This document shows, one piece after another, positions 17,317 through 28,556 of a stretch of DNA of 32,000 nt; within the stretch, counting starts at the first letter, position 1, and each line of letters opens with the position of its first letter. Made by a program: the position numbers and the translations under genes. The notes under the pieces were generated by a model. That model had not been told where the DNA came from. It searched no databases and was given only the letters and a program-made list of their open reading frames with translations. This DNA is from Trichlorobacter lovleyi SZ (GTDB taxonomy: Bacteria; Desulfobacterota; Desulfuromonadia; Geobacterales; Pseudopelobacteraceae), in the NCBI RefSeq assembly GCF_000020385.1, contig NC_010814.1, forward strand, positions 300,001-332,000. The letters are read 5' to 3'.

Positions 17317-18057
17317 TCAGCCCGGATAAATTACCTGCAGCAACGACAACCCCTGGGGAGGGGCGGTGACTCCGCCGCGCTGGCGGTCCGGTTCTGCCAG
17401 CAGGCCGGCAACATGCTCCGGCGCAAAACGTCCGCGCCCCACATCCACCAGAGTGCCGGCCATGATCCGCACCATGTACTTCAGGAAACCGCCACCGGTA
17501 ACATCAATGGTGATAAGGGGGCCGCTCTGATTGATCTGCACTGCATCAATCCTGCGTCGGCTGGTTACTGCGCTGCAATTGGCGCCACGAAATGCGGCAA
17601 AGTCATGTTCGCCGACGAAATATGCGGCTGCCTGCTGCATGGCCTGCAGGTCAAGCTGTTCGCGAACATGCCAGGAGGTGCGACGGTTGAGCGGACTGCG
17701 GACAGGGGCGTTATAGATGGTGTAGCGGTAGGTTTTGGAACGGGCTCCCCCAATGGCGCGAAAGCCGGTTGGTACTTCCACGGCAGACTGAATTGCAATA
17801 TCGTCGGGCAGGTGGCAGTTAACGCCATCTACAAATGCCTTGAGAGGAATTGTTGATTCGGTACGGAACACAGCCGGCATGGCAACGGCATGTACCCCGG
17901 CATCGGTACGGCCGGATGACTGCACCCGTACCCGCTGCCCGAGGATTTTGGCCAGTGCCAGTTCCACGGTCTCCTGGATCGAAGGGCCGTTGGTCTGTTC
18001 CTGCCAGCCGCAGTAGTTGGTGCCGTCGTATTGAATAATAAGCTTTATGGTTCGCAT
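17317..18057 (-). CDS. truA: tRNA pseudouridine(38-40) synthase TruA
   Basis: MRTIKLIIQYDGTNYCGWQ...SSGRTDAGVHA (catalytic Asp motif). Start chosen at 18057 to match the canonical TruA N-terminus. Confidence 0.9.
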   Translation of the reverse strand: MRTIKLIIQYDGTNYCGWQEQTNGPSIQETVELALAKILGQRVRVQSSGRTDAGVHAVAMPAVFRTESTIPLKAFVDGVNCHLPDDIAIQSAVEVPTGFRAIGGARSKTYRYTIYNAPVRSPLNRRTSWHVREQLDLQAMQQAAAYFVGEHDFAAFRGANCSAVTSRRRIDAVQINQSGPLITIDVTGGGFLKYMVRIMAGTLVDVGRGRFAPEHVAGLLAEPDRQRGGVTAPPQGLSLLQVIYPG

Positions 18058-18223
18058 AAAAAAGGGAGCGGTCTTTTCCCGCAATCTCGGTGTCAGGCTT
18101 CTCATTCCCTTGTGTGGCGTACTGTTCTGCACGCCTCCGCGTGAATGCTCGCCTTCCTTGACCTTGCGAAAAAATCCTCGCTCCCTGAACTCCTCGTCAA
18201 TTGAGGTTGTAAACGCTTGAGCT

Positions 18224-19324
18224 TTACTTCTCCAACAAAATTCTCAGCATACGGCGCAACGGCTCCGCAGCACCCCACAGCAGCTGATCGCCGCAGGTAA
18301 AGGCCTGGACGTACTGTGGCCCCATTTTCATCTTGCGGACCCGGCCGACCGGTACGGTCAGGGTGCCTGATACGGCCGCCGGGGTCAGACCGGCCAGGGT
18401 ATCTGCCTTGTTGTTGGGGATCAGCTTGACCCACTGGTTGTCATTGGCGATCAACTGCTCAATCTCGGCCAGCGGCAGATCCTTATTCAGCTTGATGGTG
18501 ATTGCCTGGCTGTGGCAGCGCATGGCGCCGACCCGCACACAGATACCGTCCACCGGAATCGGAGCGCTGGTGCCCAGGATCTTGTTGGTCTCCTGGAACC
18601 CTTTCAGCTCTTCACGGCTCTGGCCATCCTCAACTTCACGGTCGATCCAGGGCAGCACGTTGCCTGCCAGCGGGAAGCCGAACTCCTTGGTCGGCATGGA
18701 GCCGTCCCGCAGGGTCTGGGTCACCTTCTTGTCTATCTCAAGGATGGCAGAACCGGCGTCCTTGAGCTCTTTAGCCACCACCCCCTGCAGTACACCCATC
18801 TGGGAAAGCAGTTCACGCATGTTGGGGGCACCTGCACCGGAGGCTGCCTGATAGGTCATGGAGGAGATCCACTCCACCAGACCGGCACGGAACAGGCCGC
18901 CCAGCCCCATCAGCATCAGACTGACGGTACAGTTGCCGCCGATAAAATCCTTCTGGCCATTGGCCAGGGCCTTGTCGATCACGTTGCGGTTGACCGGATC
19001 AAGGATGATGACGGCATTATCTTCCATCCGCAGGGTGGAGGCAGCATCGATCCAGTAGCCGTTCCAGCCCTGCTTGCGCAGTTCAGGGTGAACCGCCTTG
19101 GTGTAATCGCCCCCCTGGCAGGTGATGATCACATCCAGTTTTTTCAACTCTTCAATATCATCAGCCTTTTTCAGGGTGCCGGCCCCCATCGGGGCAGGCT
19201 GACCAGCCTGGGAGGTGGTGAAAAAGACCGGCTCAAAACCGAGGGCAAAGTCGTTCTCCTCCTGCATCCGCTGCATAAGGACCGAGCCGACCATACCGCG
19301 CCAACCAACGATTCCTACTTTCAT
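18224..19324 (-). CDS. asd: Aspartate-semialdehyde dehydrogenase
   Basis: [20 protein letters not shown]..., GGNCTVS (active-site Cys), and full-length similarity pattern to Asd. Confidence 0.95.
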   Translation of the reverse strand: MKVGIVGWRGMVGSVLMQRMQEENDFALGFEPVFFTTSQAGQPAPMGAGTLKKADDIEELKKLDVIITCQGGDYTKAVHPELRKQGWNGYWIDAASTLRMEDNAVIILDPVNRNVIDKALANGQKDFIGGNCTVSLMLMGLGGLFRAGLVEWISSMTYQAASGAGAPNMRELLSQMGVLQGVVAKELKDAGSAILEIDKKVTQTLRDGSMPTKEFGFPLAGNVLPWIDREVEDGQSREELKGFQETNKILGTSAPIPVDGICVRVGAMRCHSQAITIKLNKDLPLAEIEQLIANDNQWVKLIPNNKADTLAGLTPAAVSGTLTVPVGRVRKMKMGPQYVQAFTCGDQLLWGAAEPLRRMLRILLEK

Positions 19325-19391
19325 GGTATGTACTCCTTCAAAATGAATATATGCAGTTCAATTAATCCGATTATATTAAAGTACAGTTACA

Positions 19392-20483
19392 TTACGCAAG
19401 TGCTGCAATTATCGCGTCACCCATCTCTTTGGTATTCACCAGCTTCTCGCCTGACTTGTTCTGGAAGATGTCACGGGTACGGTAACCCTGATCCAGTACG
19501 GTCTCCACAGCGGTGTCAATGGCGTCAGCCGCCTCAACCATGCCGCAGGAAAACTTGAGCATCATGGCTGCAGACAGGATCTGGGCGATCGGGTTGGCAA
19601 TCCCCTGACCGGCGATGTCCGGGGCAGAGCCGCCGGATGGCTCATACATGCCGAAGCTGCCTTCTGCCAGCGAGGCGGAGGGGAGCATACCGAGGGAGCC
19701 GGTCAGCATGGCAGCCTCATCAGAGAGGATATCGCCGAACATGTTTTCGCACAGGATCACGTCAAACTGCTTGGGCCATTTGACCAGCTGCATGGCAGCG
19801 TTATCCACGTACATGTGGGACAGTTCCACATCAGGGTACTGCTTGGCAATGTCAATCACCACTTCACGCCAGAGCACGGAAGAGGAGAGCACGTTGGCCT
19901 TGTCAATGGAGCAGACCTTCTTGCCACGCTTCCGGGCAGCCTGAAAGGCAACATGGGTGATCCGCTCGATCTCCGGCACGCTGTACTTCATGGTGTCGAT
20001 GCCGATCCGGTTGCGGCCTTCGCCTTCAATGCCCTTGGGCTGGGAGAAGTAGATGCCGCCGGTCAGCTCGCGGATCACCAGTACATTGAAGCCGCCGCCG
20101 ATTACTTCCTCTTTCAGCGATGAAGCGCCGGTCAGAGAAGGGAAGATAATGGCCGGACGCAGATTGGCGTAGAGACCGAAGATCTTGCGCAGCGGCAGCA
20201 GTGCCCCACGCTCAGGTTGTTCATCCGGCGGCAGTGACTCCCACTTGGGACCGCCCACCGAACCGAACAGGATCGCATCGGAATCCTTGCAGATATCAAT
20301 GGTTGTCTGGGGCAGTGCCTTGCCCTCATTGTCAATCCCGGCACCACCCACATTGGCAAAGGTGCCTTCAAAGGTTACGTTGTATTTCTGGCCAATTACA
20401 TCCAGCACCCTGGTTGCCTCAGCCATCACCTCAGGTCCGATACCATCACCCGGCAGGACCGCAATTTTAAAAGTCTTCGCCAT
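19392..20483 (-). CDS. leuB: 3-isopropylmalate dehydrogenase
   Basis: [39 protein letters not shown] 20483 has a GAGGGGTGG SD. Confidence 0.95.
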   Translation of the reverse strand: MAKTFKIAVLPGDGIGPEVMAEATRVLDVIGQKYNVTFEGTFANVGGAGIDNEGKALPQTTIDICKDSDAILFGSVGGPKWESLPPDEQPERGALLPLRKIFGLYANLRPAIIFPSLTGASSLKEEVIGGGFNVLVIRELTGGIYFSQPKGIEGEGRNRIGIDTMKYSVPEIERITHVAFQAARKRGKKVCSIDKANVLSSSVLWREVVIDIAKQYPDVELSHMYVDNAAMQLVKWPKQFDVILCENMFGDILSDEAAMLTGSLGMLPSASLAEGSFGMYEPSGGSAPDIAGQGIANPIAQILSAAMMLKFSCGMVEAADAIDTAVETVLDQGYRTRDIFQNKSGEKLVNTKEMGDAIIAALA

Positions 20484-20550
20484 GTTCCACCCCTCTGTCA
20501 AAAAAGTGCGCTACCTTACTGTATACATTAGATGTTTGTCAATCATCACG

Positions 20551-20581
20551 AAAAAGGGGCGATCTCTTTGGAGACCGCCCC
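20551..20581 (-). terminator. Rho-independent terminator of metK
   Basis: Minus strand: ggggcggtctc caaa gagatcgcccc followed by ttttt, ~30 nt after the metK stop. Confidence 0.65.
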
Positions 20582-20611
20582 TTACATAAACGTCAGGATT
20601 AACGGCTCCGG

Positions 20612-21778
<1,167 letters not shown>

Positions 21779-21846
21779 GTGCGTGAAACTCCTTTTACGT
21801 AAAATATAGGTTGTTGCCAGACAAAACGAATCCTCGTTAACCCAGT

Positions 21847-22176
21847 CTACTGATCCTCAGCATCAGCATGGTTTCTGCTGCGGTGGCGGATGTAGAGCTG
21901 CCCGCCCAGATCAAACAGTATCAGGGCGGTTACCAGCAGCAGCAACGGCCCGTTGTAGCGGAAAAAGGCAAAGCAGTTGAAGAACATGTAGAGCAGCACC
22001 ACGCCGGTCAACAGTTTACGGACCGTGCCGACACCGGACTCGGCTGCCTCGGGATCGCCTCCACCTGCCTGAAACAGCAGCGGTGCCAAGTGGTAGCCCA
22101 CCGAGGCATCCACCAGTACCAGCAGGATATTCACCACAAACAACGGCAGCAACAGGGGATCCATGCTCATTAACAA
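21847..22176 (-). CDS. Small hydrophobic membrane protein, function unknown
   Basis: 109 aa with 3 predicted TM stretches. It overlaps the stop of the upstream DUF169 gene by 7 nt. The start among M1/M3/M5 is uncertain. Confidence 0.45.
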   Translation of the reverse strand: MLMSMDPLLLPLFVVNILLVLVDASVGYHLAPLLFQAGGGDPEAAESGVGTVRKLLTGVVLLYMFFNCFAFFRYNGPLLLLVTALILFDLGGQLYIRHRSRNHADAEDQ

Positions 22177-22934
22177 TCGCCTTCAGCAGTGATGTAATCC
22201 GGCGGCAAGTCGCAGCCGGACGGGATCTGGAACGGCACCGGGTAGCGGATGCCGGCCTTGTGGGTAGCTGCCAGCCCTTCTGCAGTCCGCTCCAGCCAGC
22301 TAAACGGGATGCCAATGCACAGCTCATGGTCCTGAGTCATGCCGAAGCGGCGGTCACCCAGGCAGGGGATCTCCACCGTGGGCTCACCGGTCAGCGCCAC
22401 CTGGGCCACGGCCCGGGAGCAGACCCCGGCATCGCCGGAGCTTTTCATGGTAAACTCGCCCCCCTGGTGAAACAGGAAGGCCTGTACAAAGCGCATGGCC
22501 TGGGCTGAATTAACATACACGACCACCAGATCAGGGATTATCCCTTCCACCGGACGGGCCAGGGGATAGGTCAAAAGCCCTTGCACATCAGGGGCCAGCC
22601 GGGGCATGGCCTGCTGCATGGCAGCGGCTGCAGCCTGATCCTGCTGGTAGATGCCGTTATTGACCGAGCCATCCAGTACCCGTTGCGGCGGCGTGATCAG
22701 ACCGACGCAACCGGCACCTAATACGCAATGGGCGGTCTGCTTGTCTGCCCAGGTGGACCAGCCGTACATCCGGCTGTAGGCGATCTGCTGGCAGACTGCC
22801 AGACGCTGCCCCTTGACCCGGATCTTCTTGCCGGCAATCAGTGCAAGGTCTCTGACCATGGTGACGCCGACCGGTTGTGTGACCGGATTGACGGTCTCTT
22901 TGACCGTCGCAAGAAAATGCCCAAGCTGTTCCAT
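22170..22934 (-). CDS. DUF169-like protein
   Basis: Overall pattern (PVGVTMV...AVCQQIAYSRMYGWS...HCVLGAGCVGL...) fits my memory of DUF169/COG2043. Start moved to ATG 22934 behind AGGGAGG; the longer track ORF would overlap the RRM gene. Confidence 0.55.
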   Translation of the reverse strand: MEQLGHFLATVKETVNPVTQPVGVTMVRDLALIAGKKIRVKGQRLAVCQQIAYSRMYGWSTWADKQTAHCVLGAGCVGLITPPQRVLDGSVNNGIYQQDQAAAAAMQQAMPRLAPDVQGLLTYPLARPVEGIIPDLVVVYVNSAQAMRFVQAFLFHQGGEFTMKSSGDAGVCSRAVAQVALTGEPTVEIPCLGDRRFGMTQDHELCIGIPFSWLERTAEGLAATHKAGIRYPVPFQIPSGCDLPPDYITAEGDC

Positions 22935-22969
22935 GTCCCTGACCTCCCTGAGTGCGTGACCGTCTGCGG

Positions 22970-23299
22970 CTACTGCTTCTGGCGTGCCCGCGCCCGCCGC
23001 GATCCCGGCTGGGTATTGCCGGCACCACGGGTGAGCGGCTTTGTCTGTGCTTTTTGGGGGTTGGCAATGCTGACCGTAATGACCCGGTTTTCCATCAAGG
23101 CGCCATCCAGACACTCAATTGCCTCGTGCAGCTGCGCTTCATCTGCCATCCGTACATAACCGCAGCCTTTTGACTTGCCGGTTGCAGGATCGGTGATGAT
23201 ATGCACCGAGGTAACGGTGCCTGCCACGCTGAACATCCTGCGCAGGTCATCTGCTGTTGCTTCATAGGGCAGGTGCCCTACATAGAGTTCTTTGGCCAT
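22970..23299 (-). CDS. RRM-type RNA-binding protein with an Arg-rich tail
   Basis: RNP-2 LYVGHL and RNP-1 KGCGYVRM. C-terminal RGAGNTQPGSRRARARQKQ. Confidence 0.85.
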   Translation of the reverse strand: MAKELYVGHLPYEATADDLRRMFSVAGTVTSVHIITDPATGKSKGCGYVRMADEAQLHEAIECLDGALMENRVITVSIANPQKAQTKPLTRGAGNTQPGSRRARARQKQ

Positions 23300-23445
23300 G
23301 AGCTGGTCCTTTGTCCCGCTTCCATTTCAAGGCCCTGGCCTTGTGGGCTCGTCTTCGGCTCCTCAACGTACTGACGTGTACGCCTGCGTCGCCGAATTCC
23401 TCGCCGCCTTGCCAGTATCCTTGAACTGAAACCGGAGTGGATAGT

Positions 23446-23703
23446 CTATGCAGGAGCTGTTTGCTGCTCCCACTGCTGCAGCCGTTGCAGGGCTTCCCCG
23501 GCGTTTTGGCCACACATCTCGCTACTGGGCCGCAGCGAACTGCAGACCGCCGGACGTTCCGGTCTGTCAAAGATACGGCAACGGCCTTCCGGCGTCAACT
23601 GAACACAGCGGATTCCAGCCGGTTTTCCTGCCGGCATACCCGGTATGGCAGAGCTGATGGAGGGGGCGATACAGCAGGCAGCACAGCCGGCCCGGCACTG
23701 CAC
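23446..23703 (-). CDS. YkgJ-family cysteine-cluster (putative Zn/Fe-binding) protein
   Basis: QCRAGCAACCIAPSISSAIPGMPAGKPAGIRCVQL...GRCRIFDRPERPAVC matches the conserved ~85-aa family. GTG start at 23703 follows GGAGAA and avoids overlap with the rhodanese gene. Confidence 0.6.
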   Translation of the reverse strand: MQCRAGCAACCIAPSISSAIPGMPAGKPAGIRCVQLTPEGRCRIFDRPERPAVCSSLRPSSEMCGQNAGEALQRLQQWEQQTAPA

Positions 23704-23707
23704 CGAC

Positions 23708-24019
23708 CTATTTCTCCAGCGGCAGTCCGGCCTGACGCCAGCCGGGCATGTCGCCATCCAGATAGGCTATCCTGCTGTAGCCACGTTTTGCAAGCATTGA
23801 GCCGACCATTTCCGCTCGCGCCCCTGATTCGCAGTACAGTACCAGCTGAGCCTGTTTGTCCTTGGGAAGCGAACCGGTCATTCTGAGCAGTACCTTCCAG
23901 AACGGCAGCAGCAGGGCGCCGGGGATATGCCCCAGGCGGTACTCCATCGCGCTGCGTACATCCACCACCGTGGGCGGTGTCTTTGATTTCAGCTGTTTCT
24001 GTAACTCTTTTGCATTCAT
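23708..24019 (-). CDS. Single-domain rhodanese-like sulfurtransferase
   Basis: VVDVRSAMEYRLGHIPGA and active-site loop CESGARA. Confidence 0.85.
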   Translation of the reverse strand: MNAKELQKQLKSKTPPTVVDVRSAMEYRLGHIPGALLLPFWKVLLRMTGSLPKDKQAQLVLYCESGARAEMVGSMLAKRGYSRIAYLDGDMPGWRQAGLPLEK

Positions 24020-24042
24020 CCGCTGTTCTGCTCCATTACACG

Positions 24043-24831
24043 TTATGGCCGGCCGGTGGTGGCAAACCAGATCCCGGCCCCCATGCTCAATCCGATATCA
24101 CGGTGGCCCAGATAATCACTCTGTACCCGCAACCCGTTTTCAAGCAGCGACATGCTGACCTCAACCTTGTTAAAGGCATCATAGCGGTTACGGTCCCCCA
24201 CCACCAGCAATACCGCGGCAGGCAGTTGGCGCAGTTTCAGGTACAGCTCTGAGATATTTTTCAGGTTGTCCGGAAAGAAGTCCTCCACCGGATCCAGCAC
24301 AATCAGCTTGCACTTGAAGTACGAGCTGAACTGGTGCAGGTAGGCGTAGGTCTTGGTCATGCTGCCGGAGATGTCGATCAGGTGCGGCGACACCCCGTAG
24401 CATTCATCAAAGAGCGAGATGTGACTGAAGTTATCCAGGTTCTGGTCAACCCGCTCTCCCAGTTCCGGCACCGATTTTGACCACTCCCGGGTCAATCGCT
24501 TGAATCTGCGATGACAGTCTTCGTCCGTGTCACGGGCATTGATATACAACACCCTGCCGGACTGCAGGCAGCGAAACTGCTCCAGAAACGGCAGGTCAAA
24601 GGCAACCGACATGGCAAGCTGCATTGCCAGGGTGGTTTTGCCATAGACATTGTTGGTCTGCAAGGAGACCAGGGCATTGGCCGGGATAAAATCCTCAACC
24701 AGATATTCTTCCGGCTTCGGCTTGATAAACTCACGTTCCTGCCATGCCTTGATCCCCAGTTTTGCAGCAAAGGGGTTTTCCTCAATCTTCAGGTTGGATG
24801 CGATGGTCATGGGCTTGTACCTGAGAAGCAT
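24043..24831 (-). CDS. RecA-superfamily (AAA_25/KaiC/RepA-like) ATPase with a degenerate Walker A
   Basis: Walker-A-like TNNVYGKTTLAMQLAMSVA, with the first Gly of GxxxxGKT replaced by Thr. Walker-B-like KLIVLDPVEDF. The start (24831 or 24810) is uncertain. Confidence 0.55.
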   Translation of the reverse strand: MLLRYKPMTIASNLKIEENPFAAKLGIKAWQEREFIKPKPEEYLVEDFIPANALVSLQTNNVYGKTTLAMQLAMSVAFDLPFLEQFRCLQSGRVLYINARDTDEDCHRRFKRLTREWSKSVPELGERVDQNLDNFSHISLFDECYGVSPHLIDISGSMTKTYAYLHQFSSYFKCKLIVLDPVEDFFPDNLKNISELYLKLRQLPAAVLLVVGDRNRYDAFNKVEVSMSLLENGLRVQSDYLGHRDIGLSMGAGIWFATTGRP

Positions 24832-24887
24832 CTTCCACGTTTGAGAAAGGCGGGCAGCTGTTGCCGGGCTACCCGCCGGGTCATGTC

Positions 24888-26288
24888 TTAGTAACGGTAA
24901 TGCTCGGCCTTGTAGGGGCCTTCCACCGGCACGCCGATGTAGTCAGCCTGCTCCTTGGTCAACACGGACAGCTGGGCGTTCAGCTTCTTCAGCTGCAGCC
25001 GGGCCACCTTTTCATCCAGATGCTTGGGCAGTACATAGACGCCGGTCGGGTATTTGCCCGGGTTGCAGAAGATCTCAATCTGGGCGATGGTCTGGTTGGC
25101 AAAGGATGATGACATGACGTAGCTGGGGTGGCCGGTGGCGCAGCCCAGGTTCACCAGGCGTCCCTTGGCCAGCAGGATGATCCGGTTGCCGGAAGGCAGG
25201 ATGATATGATCCACCTGGGGCTTGATCTCTTCCCACTGGTACTGTTCCAGGGCAGCAACCTCGATCTCGTTGTCAAAGTGACCGATGTTGCAGACAATGG
25301 CCTGATCCTTCATTTTCAGCAGGTGCTCATGGGTAATGACATGGTAGTTGCCGGTGCAGGTCACGAAGATGTCGGCCTTGTCGGCAGCATACTCCATGGT
25401 TACCACGCGGTAGCCTTCCATGGCAGCCTGCAGGGCGCAGATCGGGTCAATCTCGGTGACCCAGACCTGGGCGGACAGGGCGCGCAGGGCCTGGGCCGAG
25501 CCTTTGCCCACATCACCGTAGCCGCAGACCAGAGCAACCTTGCCGGCCACCATCACGTCGGTGGCCCGCTTGATGCCGTCCACCAGCGATTCGCGGCAGC
25601 CGTAGAGGTTGTCGAACTTGGATTTGGTGACCGAGTCATTGACGTTGATGGCCGGGAAGGCCAGCTCGCCACGTTCATGCATCTGATACAGACGGTGCAC
25701 GCCGGTGGTGGTCTCTTCGGTGACACCCTTGATCTGGGCCAGACGGACCGAGTACCAGGTTGGATCAACCGCCAGTTTGGCCTTGATGGCGGCAAACAGG
25801 ATCGTCTCTTCCTCAGAGCCGGGGTTGTTCAGGACGCTAAGATCCTTTTCAGCCTTGCTGCCCAGGTGCAGCAGCAGGGTGGCATCGCCGCCATCATCCA
25901 GGATCATGTTGGAAAAACCGCCGTCAGCCCATTCAAAGATCTTGTGGGTGTAGTCCCAGTAATCGGTCAGGGATTCACCCTTGACGGCAAAGACCGGCAC
26001 GCCTGATGCTGCAATGGCAGCAGCAGCATGATCCTGGGTGGAAAAAATGTTGCAGGAGGCCCAGCGGACCTGGGCACCCAGGGCGGTCAGGGTCTCAATC
26101 AGCACCGCGGTCTGGATGGTCATATGCAGCGAACCGGTAATGCGGGCTCCCTTCAGCGGCTGAGAGGCGGCATACTCCTCACGGATCGCCATCAGGCCGG
26201 GCATCTCGGTCTCGGCTATTTTAATCTCTTTACGGCCCCAGTCTGCCAGGCCAAGGTCAGCCACGATGTAATCAGTTCCCATGTTCAT
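24888..26288 (-). CDS. ahcY: Adenosylhomocysteinase
   Basis: [12 protein letters not shown], the NAD-binding [13 protein letters not shown], and the C-terminal YRY. ATG 26282 (MGTDY) has better SD spacing than 26288; either way it is coupled to the sahR-like stop (26285-26287). Confidence 0.97.
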   Translation of the reverse strand: MNMGTDYIVADLGLADWGRKEIKIAETEMPGLMAIREEYAASQPLKGARITGSLHMTIQTAVLIETLTALGAQVRWASCNIFSTQDHAAAAIAASGVPVFAVKGESLTDYWDYTHKIFEWADGGFSNMILDDGGDATLLLHLGSKAEKDLSVLNNPGSEEETILFAAIKAKLAVDPTWYSVRLAQIKGVTEETTTGVHRLYQMHERGELAFPAINVNDSVTKSKFDNLYGCRESLVDGIKRATDVMVAGKVALVCGYGDVGKGSAQALRALSAQVWVTEIDPICALQAAMEGYRVVTMEYAADKADIFVTCTGNYHVITHEHLLKMKDQAIVCNIGHFDNEIEVAALEQYQWEEIKPQVDHIILPSGNRIILLAKGRLVNLGCATGHPSYVMSSSFANQTIAQIEIFCNPGKYPTGVYVLPKHLDEKVARLQLKKLNAQLSVLTKEQADYIGVPVEGPYKAEHYRY

Positions 26289-27217
26289 TCTCCTTTGGTT
26301 GTTGTGTACGCCTGTATCAGCAGCACCGCTTCCTGTCCCTGCAGCGGCGGAATCTGTGCAATGGCAACCGTGCCGAAATCCGTCTCTTTCAGCCAGTGCT
26401 GCAATTCTTCTTCTTCAAACCCCAGCCATTGGTCAGCCAGCTGCTCGCGGGCCAGTTCCCGTTCATGGCGGGCCAGATCTGCCAGTAACAGCGATCCGCC
26501 ACCTGTCAGTACCCGCCTGATCTCGGCCAGCACCGAGGGGGGATCGGCGGCATGGTGCAGCACCATGTTCAGGATGGCGCAATCCACGGAGCGATCCGGC
26601 AGCGGCAGGTGGTTCATCTCCCCCAGCCGCAGGTCAACCCCTTCAATGCCGGATGCCGTCAGCCTGCGGCGGGCCTCATCCAGCATGGCCGGTGAGTGGT
26701 CAACCCCGATCACTGAACAGGCCTTTTCAGTCAGGGCAGGCAACAGACCACCGGTACCAAGTCCGATCTCCACCACCTGGCTACCCTGCGGTATCAACGC
26801 CAGCAACTGCTCCCGGTAGTCCGGCACCGGCAGCAGGGTGCGGGCCAGATCGTCCCATTGACGGGCATGCTGGTCAAAAAACTGTCGGCTGCGCTGGCGG
26901 CGGGCCTCAAGTACGCCAGCTATGGCTGCAAGATCCCGCTCCCGCTCCGGCAGGTTCTCCAGCTCCTGTTCCAATGCCGGTCTGATGGCATGGAAAAAGG
27001 GAGAGTCGTTGCCGGCACGGTAGTAACTCCAGGTCCCCTGGCGCTTGACCGACAGCACCCCGACCTCGGTCAGGATCTTGAGGTGCCGTGAGATGCGGGA
27101 CTGTCCCATCTCAAGGATTGTGGTCAGCTCCTGCACGGTAAACTCACCACGCAGCAGGATCGCCACCAGGCGCAGGCGGCTGGCATCAGCAAGTGCTTTG
27201 AGAACATCAAGAAGCAT
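26285..27217 (-). CDS. sahR: ArsR-type HTH fused to a SAM-methyltransferase-like domain (SahR-like regulator of the methyl cycle)
   Basis: N-terminal ArsR HTH ([44 protein letters not shown]). C-terminal class-I MTase motif [10 protein letters not shown]. Located directly upstream of, and coupled to, ahcY, the architecture described for SahR in Deltaproteobacteria. Confidence 0.75.
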   Translation of the reverse strand: MLLDVLKALADASRLRLVAILLRGEFTVQELTTILEMGQSRISRHLKILTEVGVLSVKRQGTWSYYRAGNDSPFFHAIRPALEQELENLPERERDLAAIAGVLEARRQRSRQFFDQHARQWDDLARTLLPVPDYREQLLALIPQGSQVVEIGLGTGGLLPALTEKACSVIGVDHSPAMLDEARRRLTASGIEGVDLRLGEMNHLPLPDRSVDCAILNMVLHHAADPPSVLAEIRRVLTGGGSLLLADLARHERELAREQLADQWLGFEEEELQHWLKETDFGTVAIAQIPPLQGQEAVLLIQAYTTTKGE

Positions 27218-27238
27218 AGATCAGCTTTCTTGTAATAA

Positions 27239-27262
27239 CTATATCAACTTTTCTTGATATAG
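27239..27262. promoter_or_regulatory. Perfect palindrome, candidate SahR operator
   Basis: CTATATCAA-cttttc-TTGATATAG: 9-bp perfect arms with a 6-bp spacer, ending 22 nt upstream of the sahR-like ATG. Confidence 0.55.
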
Positions 27263-27284
27263 CAACTGGGCCGGAGTTGGTCAA

Positions 27285-27317
27285 CAAAAAACCCGCCTGG
27301 AGCCAGACGGGTTTTTT
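27285..27317 (-). terminator. Terminator hairpin, potentially bidirectional, downstream of the NMO-family gene
   Basis: aaaaaaa cccgcctgg ag ccagacggg tttttt, with one mismatch in the 9-bp stem. A-tract and T-tract on either side. Confidence 0.6.
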
Positions 27318-27340
27318 GGGTTAGGGTATCAAAGTGACCA

Positions 27341-28402
27341 CTAGTCCCCGAACAGCTCATCAAAGATCGCCTGCACGGTGGTGATCTTGTCTGCCTTCCA
27401 GGCATTGGTGCCGCAGAAGACCAGACCGGTTTCCACATCGCCTTGCTGGGCGCGGTCCAGGGCAGTCACAATACAGAACCGCTCGCCGGATTCCTTGTAG
27501 GAACATTTTTTCAGGCAGCCCATCCGGCAGGGGGTGTGGTGGTCCAGGTCATACTGGCGGATGTTGGGGGTGTTGGTCAGGATCGCCCGGCCCGGCAGAC
27601 CGGCCGGTGACATCAGCAGGCCGATGTCTTCCTGCTTGCAGTCCAGGTAGGCCTGTTTGAAGGCCATATCGGCATCACATTCTTCGGTGCAGACAAAGCG
27701 GGAGGCCATCTGCACGCCGTCGGCCCCTTCTGCCAGGGCATGTTCCAGATCGGCCCTGTCCCAGATGCCGCCGGCAGCGATGACCGGTATCTCAACATGG
27801 TATTCATCACGGAAGAACTGCTTGACGCCCCGTACTGTGGCATACTGGTCATACTCACCAGTGCCGATGTTTTCCATCTTCTCGCCCAGGTGGCCGCCGG
27901 CGGTGTCGGGGTCTTCCACCACCACCGCATCGGGCAGGCGATGGTAACGCTTTTCCCAGGTGCGGGCGATCAGTTGGGCTGCCCGCACTGACGAGGCGAT
28001 CGGTACCAGGGCCACATCAGGGGCATGGGCGGTCAGTTCAGGCAGGGAGAGCGGCAGACCGGCTCCGCAGACAATCACCTGGGCGCCTGCCTCAATGGCG
28101 GACTTGACCAGCGGCTCGAAATCGGACAACGCCACCATCACGTTCACACCGATAATGCCGTCCGGCGCAATGGCGCGGGCCTTGCGAAGCTCGGTCTGAA
28201 AGGCCTGGGTCTCGGCCTGAAAATAGTTGGTGCCGGTGTAGTGGTCGCTGTTCAGGGCGATACCGGCTGCCGCCACCAGGCCGATGCCGCCGCATTTGGC
28301 AACATGCCCGGCCAGGTTGCCGCCTGATATCCGGACCCCCATCCCACCCTGAATAACCGGATACCGTGCGGTGTGTTTACCGATCTTCAATTCTTTGGTC
28401 AT
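27341..28402 (-). CDS. NAD(P)H-dependent flavin oxidoreductase, nitronate monooxygenase (NPD/FabK-like) family
   Basis: YPVIQGGMGVRISGGNLAGHVAKCGGIGLVAAAG, and AAGGIWD near the C-terminal half. Confidence 0.8.
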   Translation of the reverse strand: MTKELKIGKHTARYPVIQGGMGVRISGGNLAGHVAKCGGIGLVAAAGIALNSDHYTGTNYFQAETQAFQTELRKARAIAPDGIIGVNVMVALSDFEPLVKSAIEAGAQVIVCGAGLPLSLPELTAHAPDVALVPIASSVRAAQLIARTWEKRYHRLPDAVVVEDPDTAGGHLGEKMENIGTGEYDQYATVRGVKQFFRDEYHVEIPVIAAGGIWDRADLEHALAEGADGVQMASRFVCTEECDADMAFKQAYLDCKQEDIGLLMSPAGLPGRAILTNTPNIRQYDLDHHTPCRMGCLKKCSYKESGERFCIVTALDRAQQGDVETGLVFCGTNAWKADKITTVQAIFDELFGD

Positions 28403-28556
28403 GCTTAGCCCTCCAGTGCAGTACTGCTACCTATTCATATACAACAGCAGGGCAATACGGGGTGTAATAGTTATGTAAAAGCGTTGTTCTTGACCGGAGC
28501 GGTCGGACACTTCATAATGACGGGCCTAAACCTTTATTGTAAGGGAGGTAGATACC

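Noticed and set aside
22935-23114. N-terminal 60-aa extension of the DUF169-like ORF.
   Set aside because: It would overlap the well-supported RRM gene by ~145 nt. The internal ATG 22934 has a strong AGGGAGG SD, and the extension is Pro/Gly/Ala-rich noise.
28403-28556. SAM/SAH riboswitch upstream of metY; also considered upstream of metK and ahcY.
   Set aside because: I could not find the conserved core elements of SAM-I, SAM-II or SAH riboswitches by eye. The metK spacer is only 68 bp and ahcY has none. Only a covariance-model scan could settle this.
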